From Lytechinus pictus (Eukaryota), in contig NC_087246.1 in NCBI RefSeq assembly GCF_037042905.1, positions 13,844,233-13,908,232 on the forward strand: DNA of 64,000 bases, read 5' to 3'. The notes under the pieces were generated by a model. The model ran no database searches and was not told the origin of the DNA. It was given only the letters and a program-made list of their open reading frames with translations. Shown piece by piece: positions 49,104-60,752 of the stretch. Positions within the stretch are counted from its first letter, which is position 1, and every line of letters begins with the position of its first letter. A program made the position numbers and the translations under genes.

Positions 49104-49163
49104 ACAAGGGTACGACAACAGGAACAGAAGCTTAAAAAGTTGGAAGCTGAATTAGCACAGAAG
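49104..49163 (+). CDS. Large gene exon 23 (TRVRQQEQKLKKLEAELAQK), coiled coil
   Basis: Acceptor ttatacag|ACA and donor CAGAAG|gtaata; phase 0 in and out. Confidence 0.65.
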
Positions 49164-49283
49164 GTAATATACTTGAATGAATATATTCTTATTGCCTCAT
49201 ATAAATTTTATGTCATATATAATGCTTTTGTGTGGTATCAGTAATAAAGAAGTTATCTTTAATCTGTATTCTTTGTACCATAG

Positions 49284-49442
49284 AACTCAGAGACCTCATC
49301 TATAGTAAAGGAGCGTGATGATGCCCTGAGTAGGCTAAAGTCTATTGACCTCAATCGGAATGAAGAGGTCAAGGTCGATGACCTTATTGCCAGTGCTAAT
49401 AATGATGCACCACTCTGGGAAGTTCTTAAACCTGCCAATAAG
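49284..49442 (+). CDS. Large gene exon 24 (NSETSSIVKERDDALSRLKSIDLNRNEEVKVDDLIASANNDAPLWEVLKPANK)
   Basis: Acceptor gtaccatag|AAC and donor AATAAG|gtgagt; phase 0 in and out. Confidence 0.7.
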
Positions 49443-50027
49443 GTGAGTAAAATTAAAAGTTGTAAAGCCCATGTCTGTTGACACAAAGTATGCAATTAAA
49501 TAGATAATTGCTTGATAAAATAAACACAAAAATGAGCAACTTAGTAAATACTGTGCATGAGAAAGAAGTCTACTGACAAAAGTAAGTAGAATTAGATGAT
49601 GAATGAATATTAAGATGAATATTTATTAATAATCAGAAGTAAATGTCGATGAATCAATAAATGGATGAATGGAATGTATTGTAAATTTGGATGAATAAAG
49701 AAGACTGAATGGATATATATATATAAAGTCATCAAATGATAGATGGTAGATTGATGGATTGATGTAAAAACCAGTAAAGAGTTTTAAAAAAAGGATGAAA
49801 ATGTTCCTCAAAACACGAAGTAAAGAAAGAATAACATATGGTTGTTTCTTTACTTTTTATCTGAGATATATACATATATATAGGTATGATATATGAAAAG
49901 ATATAAATAGTTTATAGAGAAATTAAGATATACCTCAGATATTATATTAATTTATATTATATTTTGCTTGCGATATACATGTGAATAAATCTAATATGAT
50001 ATGTGTGTGTGTATTTATCTTTGATAG

Positions 50028-50168
50028 GATGAGATACTTCATGTGCTTCAAGATGAGTTAGAGGAAGCAGGGAGACAGAAACAGTATTTAGATCAACTCT
50101 ATACCCTTATGTTAGAGAGAGCTCCAGAGCTATTAGAACATCTAGAACAGGACTTTGAAGGAAGGTAG
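50028..50168 (+). CDS. Large gene terminal coding exon (DEILHVLQDELEEAGRQKQYLDQLYTLMLERAPELLEHLEQDFEGR*), stop TAG at 50166-50168
   Basis: Acceptor tttgatag|GAT; the in-frame TAG overlaps a donor-like AAGG|TAGGT. No convincing downstream exon was found, so I treat it as terminal. Confidence 0.6.
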   Translation, partial: DEILHVLQDELEEAGRQKQYLDQLYTLMLERAPELLEHLEQDFEGR

Positions 50169-51796
50169 GTATCAATGAAATTAGAAACTTACATCAAGCC
50201 TAGGGTCACTTTATAAGGTTACACATGGTTTGCAAACATATGGAGTGCCAAAAAAAGATGTTACATGTTTCCTCAATTCAAAGTCTTTTCATTAATCATC
50301 TATATGGTGTGGCATGAAATGTACTTAAATTGTAATTAAAAGTAAAAATGTCAGTCTATGTGATTATACTACATGTATACATAGATTATAATTCAATGTA
50401 AGCTGATTGGGACATTACACTTGACTTATTTCAACTTGATTAAACTTACTGGCTCTTATTTCTACTATTTTTTATTTCTTCCCTTGTATTATTCAGTGAA
50501 TTGTCAGGCAGCGAAGAATTCTGCTAGTTCTCAACTCAATTTCTGCTACCAAGCAGCGAGATGGACAACTCACTTTTTATTCCAGTATTGGAAGTCAGCA
50601 TCAGGAAGCAATTACTAGTCATCACATTTTGTCATTGTTACTTGTATTGCAGATTTGTTATTGCTACGGTTGATACATTCTATTCATTATTACTGATCTT
50701 ATTTGCCTTCAACCTTGAGAGGATGGGGGGGGGCATAAAGTCCAATTCACCCCCCCCCCCCCTCGCATGTCACCCTATTATTCTGAAATGCGCAGGGATA
50801 ATCCTGTATGTGCAACTTCACAAAATTCTTCTTTGAAGTCTTGTGTAGCTTTTGAAGTCAAGTAAATATGGATCCATTTCTTTAGCACAGCGAATATGAA
50901 AGCACTCTACTGCACCCATTGACCTCACCTTAGTTGAGTGTTGCATAATGTAGATGAATTTCTTGCTGAAGGAAATATAACACTACGACTGGAATTCAAA
51001 CCCATGGCCCACATACTTGGTCCATAGTTATTATACGCAACAAAATATTTCTCCTGTCTCTGCAATATTTTTTGTTGCCTCATATTCCCATTGACAAAAA
51101 GACACATAATTTTTCTCAGCAATTAATGTTTGTACAACATGAAACATGCATCCAAAGGGTATGCTTTTATTATTTTCATTGAATTATAATTTATGAAAAC
51201 TTGTATACTTGCACTGTTTTCTTTACGCTCAGCTTCTAAACGTTATTAATATGAAAAATGAACTAGTATTATGCAATATTTTGGTATTCCTGTCTTGTGT
51301 GCTTGGACTTTGGTTTTGATTCGTATTCTGTAATGCACCTTGAATTGTATATTCTATTTCATTTTCAGTCCATCCACTGCCTAATATTGCACTCAAATAA
51401 TGAAAAAAAATTATATTTATCCAGATTTATATTTTGATGGAATTTCATTTTATATGTGTAGTACAGAAATAGCATTTTCTTTAGCTAGGATTACACATTT
51501 CTGCCTCACTCAAAGTTCTGCCATGAAGCCTGTGTGTGAGGACTGTTAATATCTCAAATCAAACAAGAAAAGTTGGTCTTTATGGTCAAATTGAATCTGT
51601 ACAGGAATTTTAGCTGAATACTGGCCCACTAGTATGATTAAGTCTAGTAGTGTAATAAAATGATTGCAGTACAGTATTCAGTGAGTACATCCCTCATAAA
51701 AAACATCAACTTTTCAGTGCAGTTCTTCACCAAAATCTTGAACCAAAAAAATAATTAAAGAATAGAGGAGACATGAGAAGATGTATCATCTTTTAA

Positions 51797-52400
51797 AGGT
51801 CAAGTCCACCCCAGAAAATTTTGATTTGAATAAATAGAGAAAAATCAAACTAGCAGAATGCTGAAAATCTCATCAAAATCGGATGTAGAATAAGAAAGTT
51901 ATGGCATTTTAAAGTTTCCCTTATTTTTCACAAAACATTGATATTCACAACTCGGTGACATCCAGATGAGTCGGTCAATGATGTCCATCACTCACTATTT
52001 CTTTTGTTTTTTATTGTTTGAATTATACAATATTTCATTTTTTACAGATTTGACAATAAGGACCAACTTGACTGAACCATATATGATTAAATAATGCTAA
52101 TCCCACATGTTCAGGGAGGAATTAATTGTTGTTTCACTTGACAATGATTAAAAAATTAGAATATTTCATATAACAAAATACAAAAGAAATAGTGAGTGGG
52201 TGACGTCATCAGTCTCATTTGCATACGGACCAGGATGTGCATATAACTGTTTTGTGAAATTAAGCGAAACTTTAAAATGTCATAACTTTCTTATTTTACA
52301 TCCGATTATGATGAAATTTTCAGTTTTATGTTTGTTGGATTTTTCTCTTTTAATTCAAATCAACTTTTTGTCGGGGTGGACTTGTCCTTTAATGATAATG
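51797..52400. mobile_element. Foldback element with arms of about 215 bp separated by a spacer of about 170 bp
   Basis: 51797-52017 is the reverse complement of 52185-52400 (aaaggtcaagtccaccccagaaaattttgatttgaa... against ...ttcaaatcaactttttgtcggggtggacttgtccttt). Confidence 0.75.
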
Positions 52401-55400
52401 GAACGTTTGTTTGAAAGAATCTGCAAAGTTATGCTTATCAGTGTTGGATATACTCACTTCTGTTGGATGCTGTATATTGACAAGTGGTTATTAGTTCATT
52501 GGATCATTTCATAAAATGGTAACTGGTGTAAGTGGAAGTTGGGCCAAGTGGTGGTTGTAACGCTAAGACCACAAAAGTATTTTGGTATTAGACCAAATAG
52601 GTTTAGCCACTCGACTATATTACAGTGTAGGAATAAGACCAAGTGTTGTATTGACTAGAAACATAATACTCTTCTCTTATAATCAATTTTTGTGACCCAT
52701 TTCAAGTCTTTATTCTATTATCTAACTCAAAAGTTATTTCCAGAGGTCTTAATTTATTTGACTTATGTTAGATGTATTTTTTGTGATCAATGCATTTCCT
52801 TTTTATATTTTCTCAGGAAAATCCAACAATCAAATAATTTATAATTTTGGAAGAGCTGGAATAAAAGCGAACTCAATCTAAGAGAACAAATCGTGATTTA
52901 AATTGAAATTCATTTAACAAATTGCAAACAATCAGATTTGTTTAACTTTGTGCTTGACCTGTTCATAAGTGTATGTATTTTGTATTTATCATGTTATTAG
53001 TTTTATATTGATAGATAGGACATATAAGTTTGTTTTTTTGATGTGACTTTATACAGACTTATCACTTTGTAAAAAAATTGTAGATTTACATTTATATCTC
53101 AATTTCCACTAATTTTGTTTCATTTGAATAACTTCAAATTGACTGTAGTCTTATGTATACATGTACATTTAAATGTTTAAATTTTTCTGGTATGATTCAT
53201 ATACATCACTTACATACAATTCATGATAGTTTCAGTAGATTTGTTATTGTGTGATTGTGAGGTTGATATGTTCCCCTCCTTCTTAAATTACATGTTTGAA
53301 CGAAAGCATATAACCATTGTTGTTAAGTGGTAATTTCTTTTTGGAATATTCAAATGTAGTTTCCAATAAAAATCTTGTTTTGTCTGTGCAGTATGTGTTC
53401 TTAATTTTATATTTAGAAATTGATTTGAATTATTGATTTATTTATACTTACAATCAACACTGAAATTCTTTGTCTGTACTGCTCATTGTTTTCTTCATCT
53501 CTCATCACCAAAACACATGTACATTTCACTAGCTTGCCAAATGCTTTTTGTAATATATACAGTATATATATCAATGAACTATATTTATTCATGTATATAT
53601 TTGTTTCAAGTTTTTGTAGATTTTTAATCCAGTGTCTAAATATCACTTAAATGATTTCAAATTGTCAAATATTGAATCTTGAAATTTGGTAATAAATTGG
53701 TATATATATAGAGTGGTCATAATGATGTTGTCAAATATTGTACATACATGTATTATGTTCCATGTATATCAAATTTGTGTATAGTGTATGTTTTGTAACA
53801 TAATAAATAAGGAAGGGAAGTTAATTAATGTATTAAGAAGTGTTTTTCTTTAGTGTAAACATTCAACAAGAATGAACTCATTCAAAATCACATTTTAATG
53901 TTATGTCATGTCACCCATATATACAAAAATAATACAAAAATAACAATAACCCTCCTCAGACACGAAGATTACCTCAGCTATTACAAATTATTCCCAGTTG
54001 AAAAAAGAGAGAAATTAGATCAAGTAACTTTCCTTCAGGCAAAATGAACAATTTTCATCTGCAAAATTGAGCTAGAATTCACAAAGGTTGGATATATAGT
54101 TTAAACCCAAGGAAAATTCAGATATGGTAACTAAAGGGGTTCTTGATTTTAGAGCACAAAGGTCCAGTAATGCAATGCACATGCTTTTGGCAAATCAATG
54201 TAAATAAGATGGGTTAAACCATACCATCATGCATGAATATAGCTACATTTTAAAACTACGAGGTCCGTTATTGGACCCACAGCACAAAGTGTACAAAATT
54301 GGTTTTAACGTTGATTTATATGCTTGATTGTAAATATTGACCAGTGTAATCAATTATACCTTCAATCAAGCACCTTTAGCTTTGTCTTTAATATGGAGGC
54401 CCTGATTGCAAGCTACATGTACATGCAATGTCCCCTCAATGAGAAGATTTCACAAGACTTCCTTTTCTTAATTTCATGGTTTTATTTCTTGATATCTATC
54501 ATCCTTTTTATATCCTTTTTCATCAAGCAAACCAGATTTCCATACAAAAGTTTCTTAGAAACAAACAAATGTTACCAACAAATCAATTCAGCATCATTAT
54601 TGTACATGAAATTGTGGAAGCAACAGAAATGAAGCATTGTTTCAAAGACGAAAGAATTGTGAACATAATCAATTTATACATGTAACTAATTTCTAATTTC
54701 TAAGTACATTTGGAGTGTAATAATCATTAATAGAAAATTAATTGAACATGACCTTGTTTAAGAATTCACATTATGTATTATTTGGTGAGCTAAGCATAAC
54801 ACAATGTGGATTGATATTGTTCGTTCTTAAAAAAAGGTAATGGATCATTTTTTTTAACTTCCACTTGCAATTTATATGTATACTGTATATACAATGCCTG
54901 CACACATGATCAAGCACATTCATTTGAAATCTGTACTTAGTGTCATATGGTTGCACAAGAATTAGAAAATATTTAAATATATTTACATACAGTAGATGTC
55001 TGAAAATGTAACAAAACAATCTCATAATCTTTTATTCAAACATCACATTTCATACGACCTCAATATTTGTATGGAAATTCCAAGGTGGTTACTTTCAAGG
55101 ATTTCGTAAACCTTTGCAAAACATTGTGCACTTATGTATATAGCCTCTCTGCAAAATATAATCAGAGAAAAGGGAAAATGTGATGAATAGGTCAATGAAC
55201 CTAAAAAATATTTGTTCATTGAAATAGAAAAACGTGACTTATCCAATCCTCGGTTTGCCAATTAAAAAAAAAAAAGTTAGTTAATTGAACCAATACAGTA
55301 AACATAGATTGACTAAGTATCTGTATGCATGTGTCGGAAGCCACTTTGGTAAATCATCCCAAAGAACAGTTTGAATTTTGGATTGATTAAAATATACATC

Positions 55401-55984
55401 ATACAATTGTAATGCTTATATTATGTTGAATATTCTCTGAATATATCCATCAACTTGCATATATACATATGCATGGTACTGTATACACACACATTTGCAT
55501 CTAGCACCCGTTTTCTTTAAAACAATATTCACAGGACCTTCCGGATTTAGCAATCTGTCCACATATTGATTACCTTTTCTCAATAAAAAGGAGGAAGAAT
55601 CCATCCTCTTTGATCAAATATCATACTCTCTTTTCAAACATGAGACATTTTACCTCCTTGTCTTGCTCCAACTTAAAACAAGACAAATATTGCCCTCAAG
55701 ATCAATGTAATCACTTTACAGAAATAAATTAAGGGAAGAAACAAGCTAAGTTCTTCATGCAAAATTCAACGAAATTATATAAGAAGTATTCATTTTGAAA
55801 TGTCATACACTTAGGGCTGTAACAGAATAACTTCAACTGTCAAATTAAAATCCTCAATCTGTTGACATCAGTACACATAGTGTTGTTTCATTTTTATATT
55901 TGGCTTGTATCGTGTTTTTATTAGGCTTACATTATGCCAAAACTGACACAGATGTCCTCAACACAATGGCACAAATGTCCTGGC

Positions 55985-56215
55985 CATGACATATGCTTTT
56001 CCATTGATGAAGGCCACTGAACCTTCAACTCCCTGGCTGGGTGCAGGGGTATTTGTGATTGACATAGAGCTAGGTTCAATGCCTAGTAGATCAACAAAAT
56101 GCATATGATGGAGTTTTGCATAGTCTACAAACAGTGGAACAATCTCATGAATGAATGAGAGGCGTTGAATTCCCTCACTCGGCACAGGGATATGAGATTG
56201 AAATGAGTCTTAGTA
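55985..56215 (-). repeat. Two degenerate tandem copies of the 3' end of the SPT6 terminal coding exon, lying in the 3'UTR
   Basis: Plus-strand 56025-56085 (tcaactccctggctgggtgcaggggtatttgtgattgacatagagctaggttca) and 56150-56205 align with the coding segment 56295-56365 (cccctcctccctggctgggtgcaggggtgtttgagatggacattgggctaggttca). Confidence 0.65.
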
Positions 56216-56276
56216 CACGTAATGCAGGTACTGGCTATTCGATGGAGCTTCATGAGGTCCATAAACATCAATACAT

Positions 56277-56502
56277 TCAAATCTCTTCATCAATGAGGGG
56301 CGTTGAATCCCCTCCTCCCTGGCTGGGTGCAGGGGTGTTTGAGATGGACATTGGGCTAGGTTCATGTAGGGCAGGGCTAGGTTGGACGGCTGGGCTTCGC
56401 AGGTTCTGTTGGCGTTGTTTGGCCCAAAGGGCAGCTTGCTGGGCCCAGTCCACTGGGCCTCCAGTACGTGGCACTTCACGGCTACTGCTGCTACCACTAC
56501 TC
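56277..56502 (-). CDS. SUPT6H: SPT6 terminal coding exon (RSSGSSSSREVPRTGGPVDWAQQAALWAKQRQQNLRSPAVQPSPALHEPSPMSISNTPAPSQGGGDSTPLIDEEI*), stop TGA at 56279-56277
   Basis: Acceptor tatattcag|GAGTAGTGG; phase 2 in. The C-terminus resembles the Spt6 tail as I recall it (..[23 protein letters not shown]...[21 protein letters not shown]..). Confidence 0.85.
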
Positions 56503-57141
56503 CTGAATATATAACAAGTAATAAATTGTTCTTGAATTCATATATGAATCACAAAGTCTTTTTCAAGTAGGTAAATTTCATACACAAAACCAATATATAT
56601 TACTACTTCATACACTTGATTTGGTAGAATCCCATTTTTTCTAAAACTTTTATTTATTTATCTATTCATGAAATTATTTATTACATCTTTACTCATCAGA
56701 GTAGCCCCATTATTCATTAGAATACTGTTATAAAACACCCGATTGCTCCATACAACATATAAGCAAATACAATCTAAAACAAAATAACACTCCTTCAAGT
56801 CAGGCTAATTGGTCAGGAGACAAAACACGCAAAACTAAGTGGACTGAGCAACAATTCACTAATTTGATCAAAGACAATATATGATTAGAACAGCAATTAG
56901 AACAACTGAATGAATATCATACAGATTAATCCATACTGGTGTTAGATGATATGGAAATTAGACAATAGGGTATTTGACCAAGAAGCTATAAACCACTTCA
57001 AAATATGCTATCTGACCAGATGGACATTAAAGTCACTTACAATTGTTCTTAAATAGAAAAATAGTATAAACTTTGGTCTTAAAATGGCATATCAGGACTT
57101 GAATTCCCCTATCCCTGAAGAAGAAATGTGAGTAACCATAC

Positions 57142-57353
57142 CTCTGTGGTGTTCTTCCAGCACTCCTGTGTGGAACCTGTTGTTGTGTAGGAGTACTCCC
57201 ACCCCATGACTGGCGAGGAGTGGTTCGTGATTGGTACTGGGGTGTGCCCTGGGGTGTCAAGCCTGCCACAGAAGGGGTACGGGCGGGGTTGATCTGGGGG
57301 GTCCTGTTTACCTGTGGGGTGCGGGCTACACCTCCCTGAGGGGTGCGCATTCC
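57142..57353 (-). CDS. SUPT6H: SPT6 exon (GMRTPQGGVARTPQVNRTPQINPARTPSVAGLTPQGTPQYQSRTTPRQSWGGSTPTQQQVPHRSAGRTPQ)
   Basis: Acceptor tcttccag|GGAATGCGC and donor CACAGAG|gtatgg; 212 nt, phase 0 in, phase 2 out. Matches ORF 57033..57401(-). Confidence 0.8.
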
Positions 57354-58207
57354 CTGGAAGATATTATGAAGGCCAAATATATGGTCAAACATGCAGTACA
57401 AGTAGCATATTTATTTCTTATACAAAACTACTATTACCAAACTTTTATCCTTACAGTTGACCAAAAAACTTCCTAACACTTCAGATAGAAAACATATTCA
57501 CTGAGTGTGAATGGAAATAATTCTATATTTCTACAAAATACAATTTAACTCCATGAAAATATTTTTTTCATCACTTTAGGACATCCTATAAGGTTTTCTG
57601 TTTTTCTTCTTTTTTTTTTTACTATCATATAATAATAGTGACATTAACATTATAATACTTAAAACAGATACGAACCAATATCGCCATCTCGAGTCCTCAA
57701 CTACTCATACCTGGCCAGTTTCCTGACCCATAATGCTAGTGTAGTCTAGTAATATAGACCCACTTAAATGATAACGTGCTAATTAACTACTCAATACATT
57801 TATACCGCAATAATTATGTTACCAAGTAGCAAAACAATTCCTTTTCTTTTCAAAAATTTAAGCTTCTCTATACGAATACAATTATAGGTCAATTTATTCT
57901 CTGTAGTATTAGTAGATATCTGAAAACGTACATTTTAACACAATGTATTTATAACACACAGTCAATGAGAGACCACACACAGTTCACTCCCCCTTTAAAA
58001 TCTGACACATTGCCTAAAAAAAAAACACCTCAGAATAGAATTTAACCGAATAACTTAAAGACTTTCAAAGAAGTGTGTCATTTTCTCAATAAAGATCATA
58101 AAATACAAGCGATTCCATTATGCATTGCTCTATGCCAAAATGCATGTGAATATTCTATAACTCTTTGCTCTTTCAGAAAACAAGAACAAATCCAGAAACC
58201 CTCTCAC

Positions 58208-58413
58208 CTGGTAAGAAGGAGTGGCACCAACAGGTGTAGTGATATTCTGTGGGGTAGTGTAGGGGTAGCCATAACCATAGCGACCTGCTGCTGTACCAGT
58301 CAAGGGTGTCTGACGGCCTGGAGTCTGTCGAGGGGTACCTTGAAGCACACTGGGCGTGGCATACATACCCCCTGTGAATGTGGTACCGGTCTTTTGGATC
58401 ATGGGTGTGCCCG
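58208..58413 (-). CDS. SUPT6H: SPT6 exon (TGTPMIQKTGTTFTGGMYATPSVLQGTPRQTPGRQTPLTGTAAGRYGYGYPYTTPQNITTPVGATPSYQ)
   Basis: Acceptor tttcaccag|CGGGCAC and donor TTACCAG|gtgaga; 206 nt, phase 1 in, phase 0 out. Matches ORF 58130..58468(-). Confidence 0.8.
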
Positions 58414-58806
58414 CTGGTGAAAAATCATTAAGCAAATTCATGAATATCAAATAAAATATGGAAAACATAAAACTATTATATTAAATTTTTTACAAATTTC
58501 TTTCATTTCTAAGTATGAGCTGTAATCAAGCATAGAAAAACTCTATTCGTTTACAAGTAAACTTGGTTGTATGAACAAAAGCTTTAAGACATGCAAGAAG
58601 AAATATTGATAAACTATTGTAAAACAATTTTTCTATTTTTTTTTTCCTCCTCAAAGAAAAAAAATGAAAATATGGACAACACACATGACCTAAGATCATT
58701 ATCAATGCTACCATGGTCATTATCATCATCAAAATGAAAAATCAAACTTGTTGATGTCTTCAGTACTTGGTAAAGACACCAAAGAGAATACAAATGTCTT
58801 ACTCAC

Positions 58807-58884
58807 TTTGCCAAGGTGTGCCATCATGGGCCACAGACATAGGTGTCCTGTGAGTACTCATCGGTGTTGGAGTCACATTCATAC
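58807..58884 (-). CDS. SUPT6H: SPT6 exon (GMNVTPTPMSTHRTPMSVAHDGTPWQ), start of the C-terminal TP-rich tail
   Basis: Acceptor ttgttgcag|GTATGAATG and donor GCAAA|gtgagt; phase 1 in, phase 1 out. Confidence 0.75.
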
Positions 58885-59303
58885 CTGCAACAAAAGATGA
58901 TGAACATATGAGTCAGATTATTGTCACTTCCATATGCATACATGTATATGACCCTAATTTAAAGTTCATCCCAATGTTTGTTCAGTCATTCTTGAGTAAC
59001 TGTCTTCATAATGACCTCAAGTGATCTTTCGATGGTAAAACCCTAAAATCTAATCAGATAATAGTCCCTCCTATAGACATACTTGACCAAAGTTTAAAGT
59101 AGTTCCAATAAACAATTCATTCTAGGGTGATCACTAGAACATAAAATAGACTACTGGACAAATAAAAATAGCTTTTTAAAAGACAAAGTTGTACTATTAG
59201 TTTTTCAATTAGTTCATTCTGCTTGACATTTTTAATGTCCCTGACGGACGTATAATCTGTGTATAAATGCAATAAAATATATCAGTAATGTGCAGTAACT
59301 AAC

Positions 59304-59456
59304 CAGGTATTGGATCTCTAAAATGAACCTTGAACCAGCGATGTAAAGAGTTGATGGTTGTGAACATCTGACCTCTGAACTTATACCCATCCGGTGTAAT
59401 TGTAACATACTCATGTCTTCCTTTGCTACGCGGCTGGTATGACAATAGGAACTTGC
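59304..59456 (-). CDS. SUPT6H: SPT6 exon (GKFLLSYQPRSKGRHEYVTITPDGYKFRGQMFTTINSLHRWFKVHFRDPIP), SH2 domain 2
   Basis: Acceptor ttattcag|GCAAG and donor TACCTG|gttagt; phase 1 in, phase 1 out. Confidence 0.85.
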
Positions 59457-59817
59457 CTGAATAAAAGACCACCAAACATAGCATGAAATGAATAGATAAA
59501 ACTGAAGAAAAAGGACAATCAAAAGTACTAAGCTGTAATATATTTTTCTTGACTTAATTATGGAGTATACAAATCCTAATATACTCATACATTTTAGAAT
59601 TCATTCAACCATAATGGCCAGATTCATGTGGGAAGACTGAAAATGCCTTAAAACAACATGGAATGAACATGGTTTAGCATTATCTTCCACATGTATAGAT
59701 AAAATATCAGGTATATAAACCTAGTCAAAGCATTTAATCTAAGATCCAACATTGACCAAAAACAAATATGAAATTTTTGAAACTTTGAAACTGATCATAT
59801 GTTCTGCTTTGTCATAC

Positions 59818-60016
59818 CTGGATATTCTTTAGAGAAACACATGAAATATGGGATACGACTTGGTGCCTTCTTCTTTTCAGCAGCGAGACACTTGTCCATG
59901 AGTTCCTTGCTACCTCCTTCTACATCCCGGTAGTATTTATGAGAGGTGACGTCTCGTACGAAGGCTGCCATCGGCTGGATGTGACGGGCTATGATTTCAT
60001 CCAAGTCCTCAAATCC
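59818..60016 (-). CDS. SUPT6H: SPT6 exon (GFEDLDEIIARHIQPMAAFVRDVTSHKYYRDVEGGSKELMDKCLAAEKKKAPSRIPYFMCFSKEYP)
   Basis: Acceptor aattttcag|GGATTTG and donor ATCCAG|gtatga; 199 nt, phase 0 in, phase 1 out. Matches ORF 59795..60004(-). Confidence 0.85.
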
Positions 60017-60481
60017 CTGAAAATTAAAGATGATGAGAATACATATATTGTGAGATCATTTCCACATGTGAATATTTGCATTTACATCACATTTCTCACA
60101 AGACGGATCACATCAAGTAAGACAGAATATTTTATATATTAACAAAATCATCTATCTCTTTATGATTAACCATATGAGTACAGACAATTATGATGATGTA
60201 TAGAAAAATAAAAAAAATTGAATAAATGTTTATTTTATCTACTACAAGAAAGAAAGCAACATAAGTCCAAGGAATGGTGAAATTATGGCTCAATAAAATA
60301 GAAAAATTTCTTTGCAATGATGATGATGATTATGAAGATGATATCAATAAAGATAATGATTATGATTATGAAGATAATAATTATGGTGCATTGAGTGGGA
60401 TAGATTGCTCATAATAACAAAAACACATCTTGCATCAATATAATGTTTTAAAGTGTTAAAAGACAATGATGATATACCAAC

Positions 60482-60604
60482 CTCTTCTCCAATCTTTAAT
60501 GTTGATCCCAGACTGAAATCATTATCTTTGCCTTCTTCTTGTACATCAATATGCTGATAAATACCATCATCTACTTTCCATGTAACAGTTAAGTGATCAG
60601 CTCC
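60482..60604 (-). CDS. SUPT6H: SPT6 exon ([41 protein letters not shown])
   Basis: Acceptor ttaatag|GGAGCTG and donor GAAGAG|gttggt; 123 nt, phase 0 in and out. A partial duplicate lies at 60641-60752. Confidence 0.8.
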
Positions 60605-60640
60605 CTATTAAATCAAATTAAATCAAATCAAATCATTTAA

Positions 60641-60752
60641 TGTTGATCCCAGACTGAAATCATTATCTTTACCTTCTTCTTGTACATCAATATGCTGATA
60701 AATACCATCATCTACCTTCCATGTCACTGTCAAATGATCAGCTCCCTAATAA
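60641..60752 (-). pseudogene. SUPT6H: Partial tandem duplicate of the previous SPT6 exon, in the upstream intron. The acceptor is intact, the last 13 nt and the donor are missing, and every coding difference is synonymous.
   Basis: ggatttattag|GGAGCTGATCATTTGACAGTGACATGGAAGGTAGAT... is colinear with the exon at 60482-60604. There are six nucleotide differences, all synonymous. The copy is followed by a (TGATTT)n-like tract and then the true exon's acceptor. Confidence 0.6.

Larger units (their letters stand above)
20304..50168 (+). other. Gene span (ATG to TAG) of a large multi-domain scaffold-type gene: tandem SAM, acidic repeat region, two ubiquitin-like (RA/RBD-type) domains, coiled coil, PDZ, coiled coil. 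At least 25 coding exons, about 1580 aa. Possibly two genes, with the break between 36101 and 40948.
   Basis: All exons are phase-consistent with canonical GT-AG. Domain calls come from reading the translated sequence. No family assignment. Confidence 0.6.

Noticed and set aside
52200-52514. 104-aa plus-strand ORF
   Set aside because: It overlaps the right arm of the 51797-52400 foldback and has no splice signals or homology-like features.
50170-55900. Search for further exons of the large gene, or another gene, in the convergent intergenic region
   Set aside because: I found only short ORFs with no paired splice sites and no conserved-looking peptides, and I treat the region as 3'UTRs and intergenic sequence. 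This is limited by the lack of expression data.
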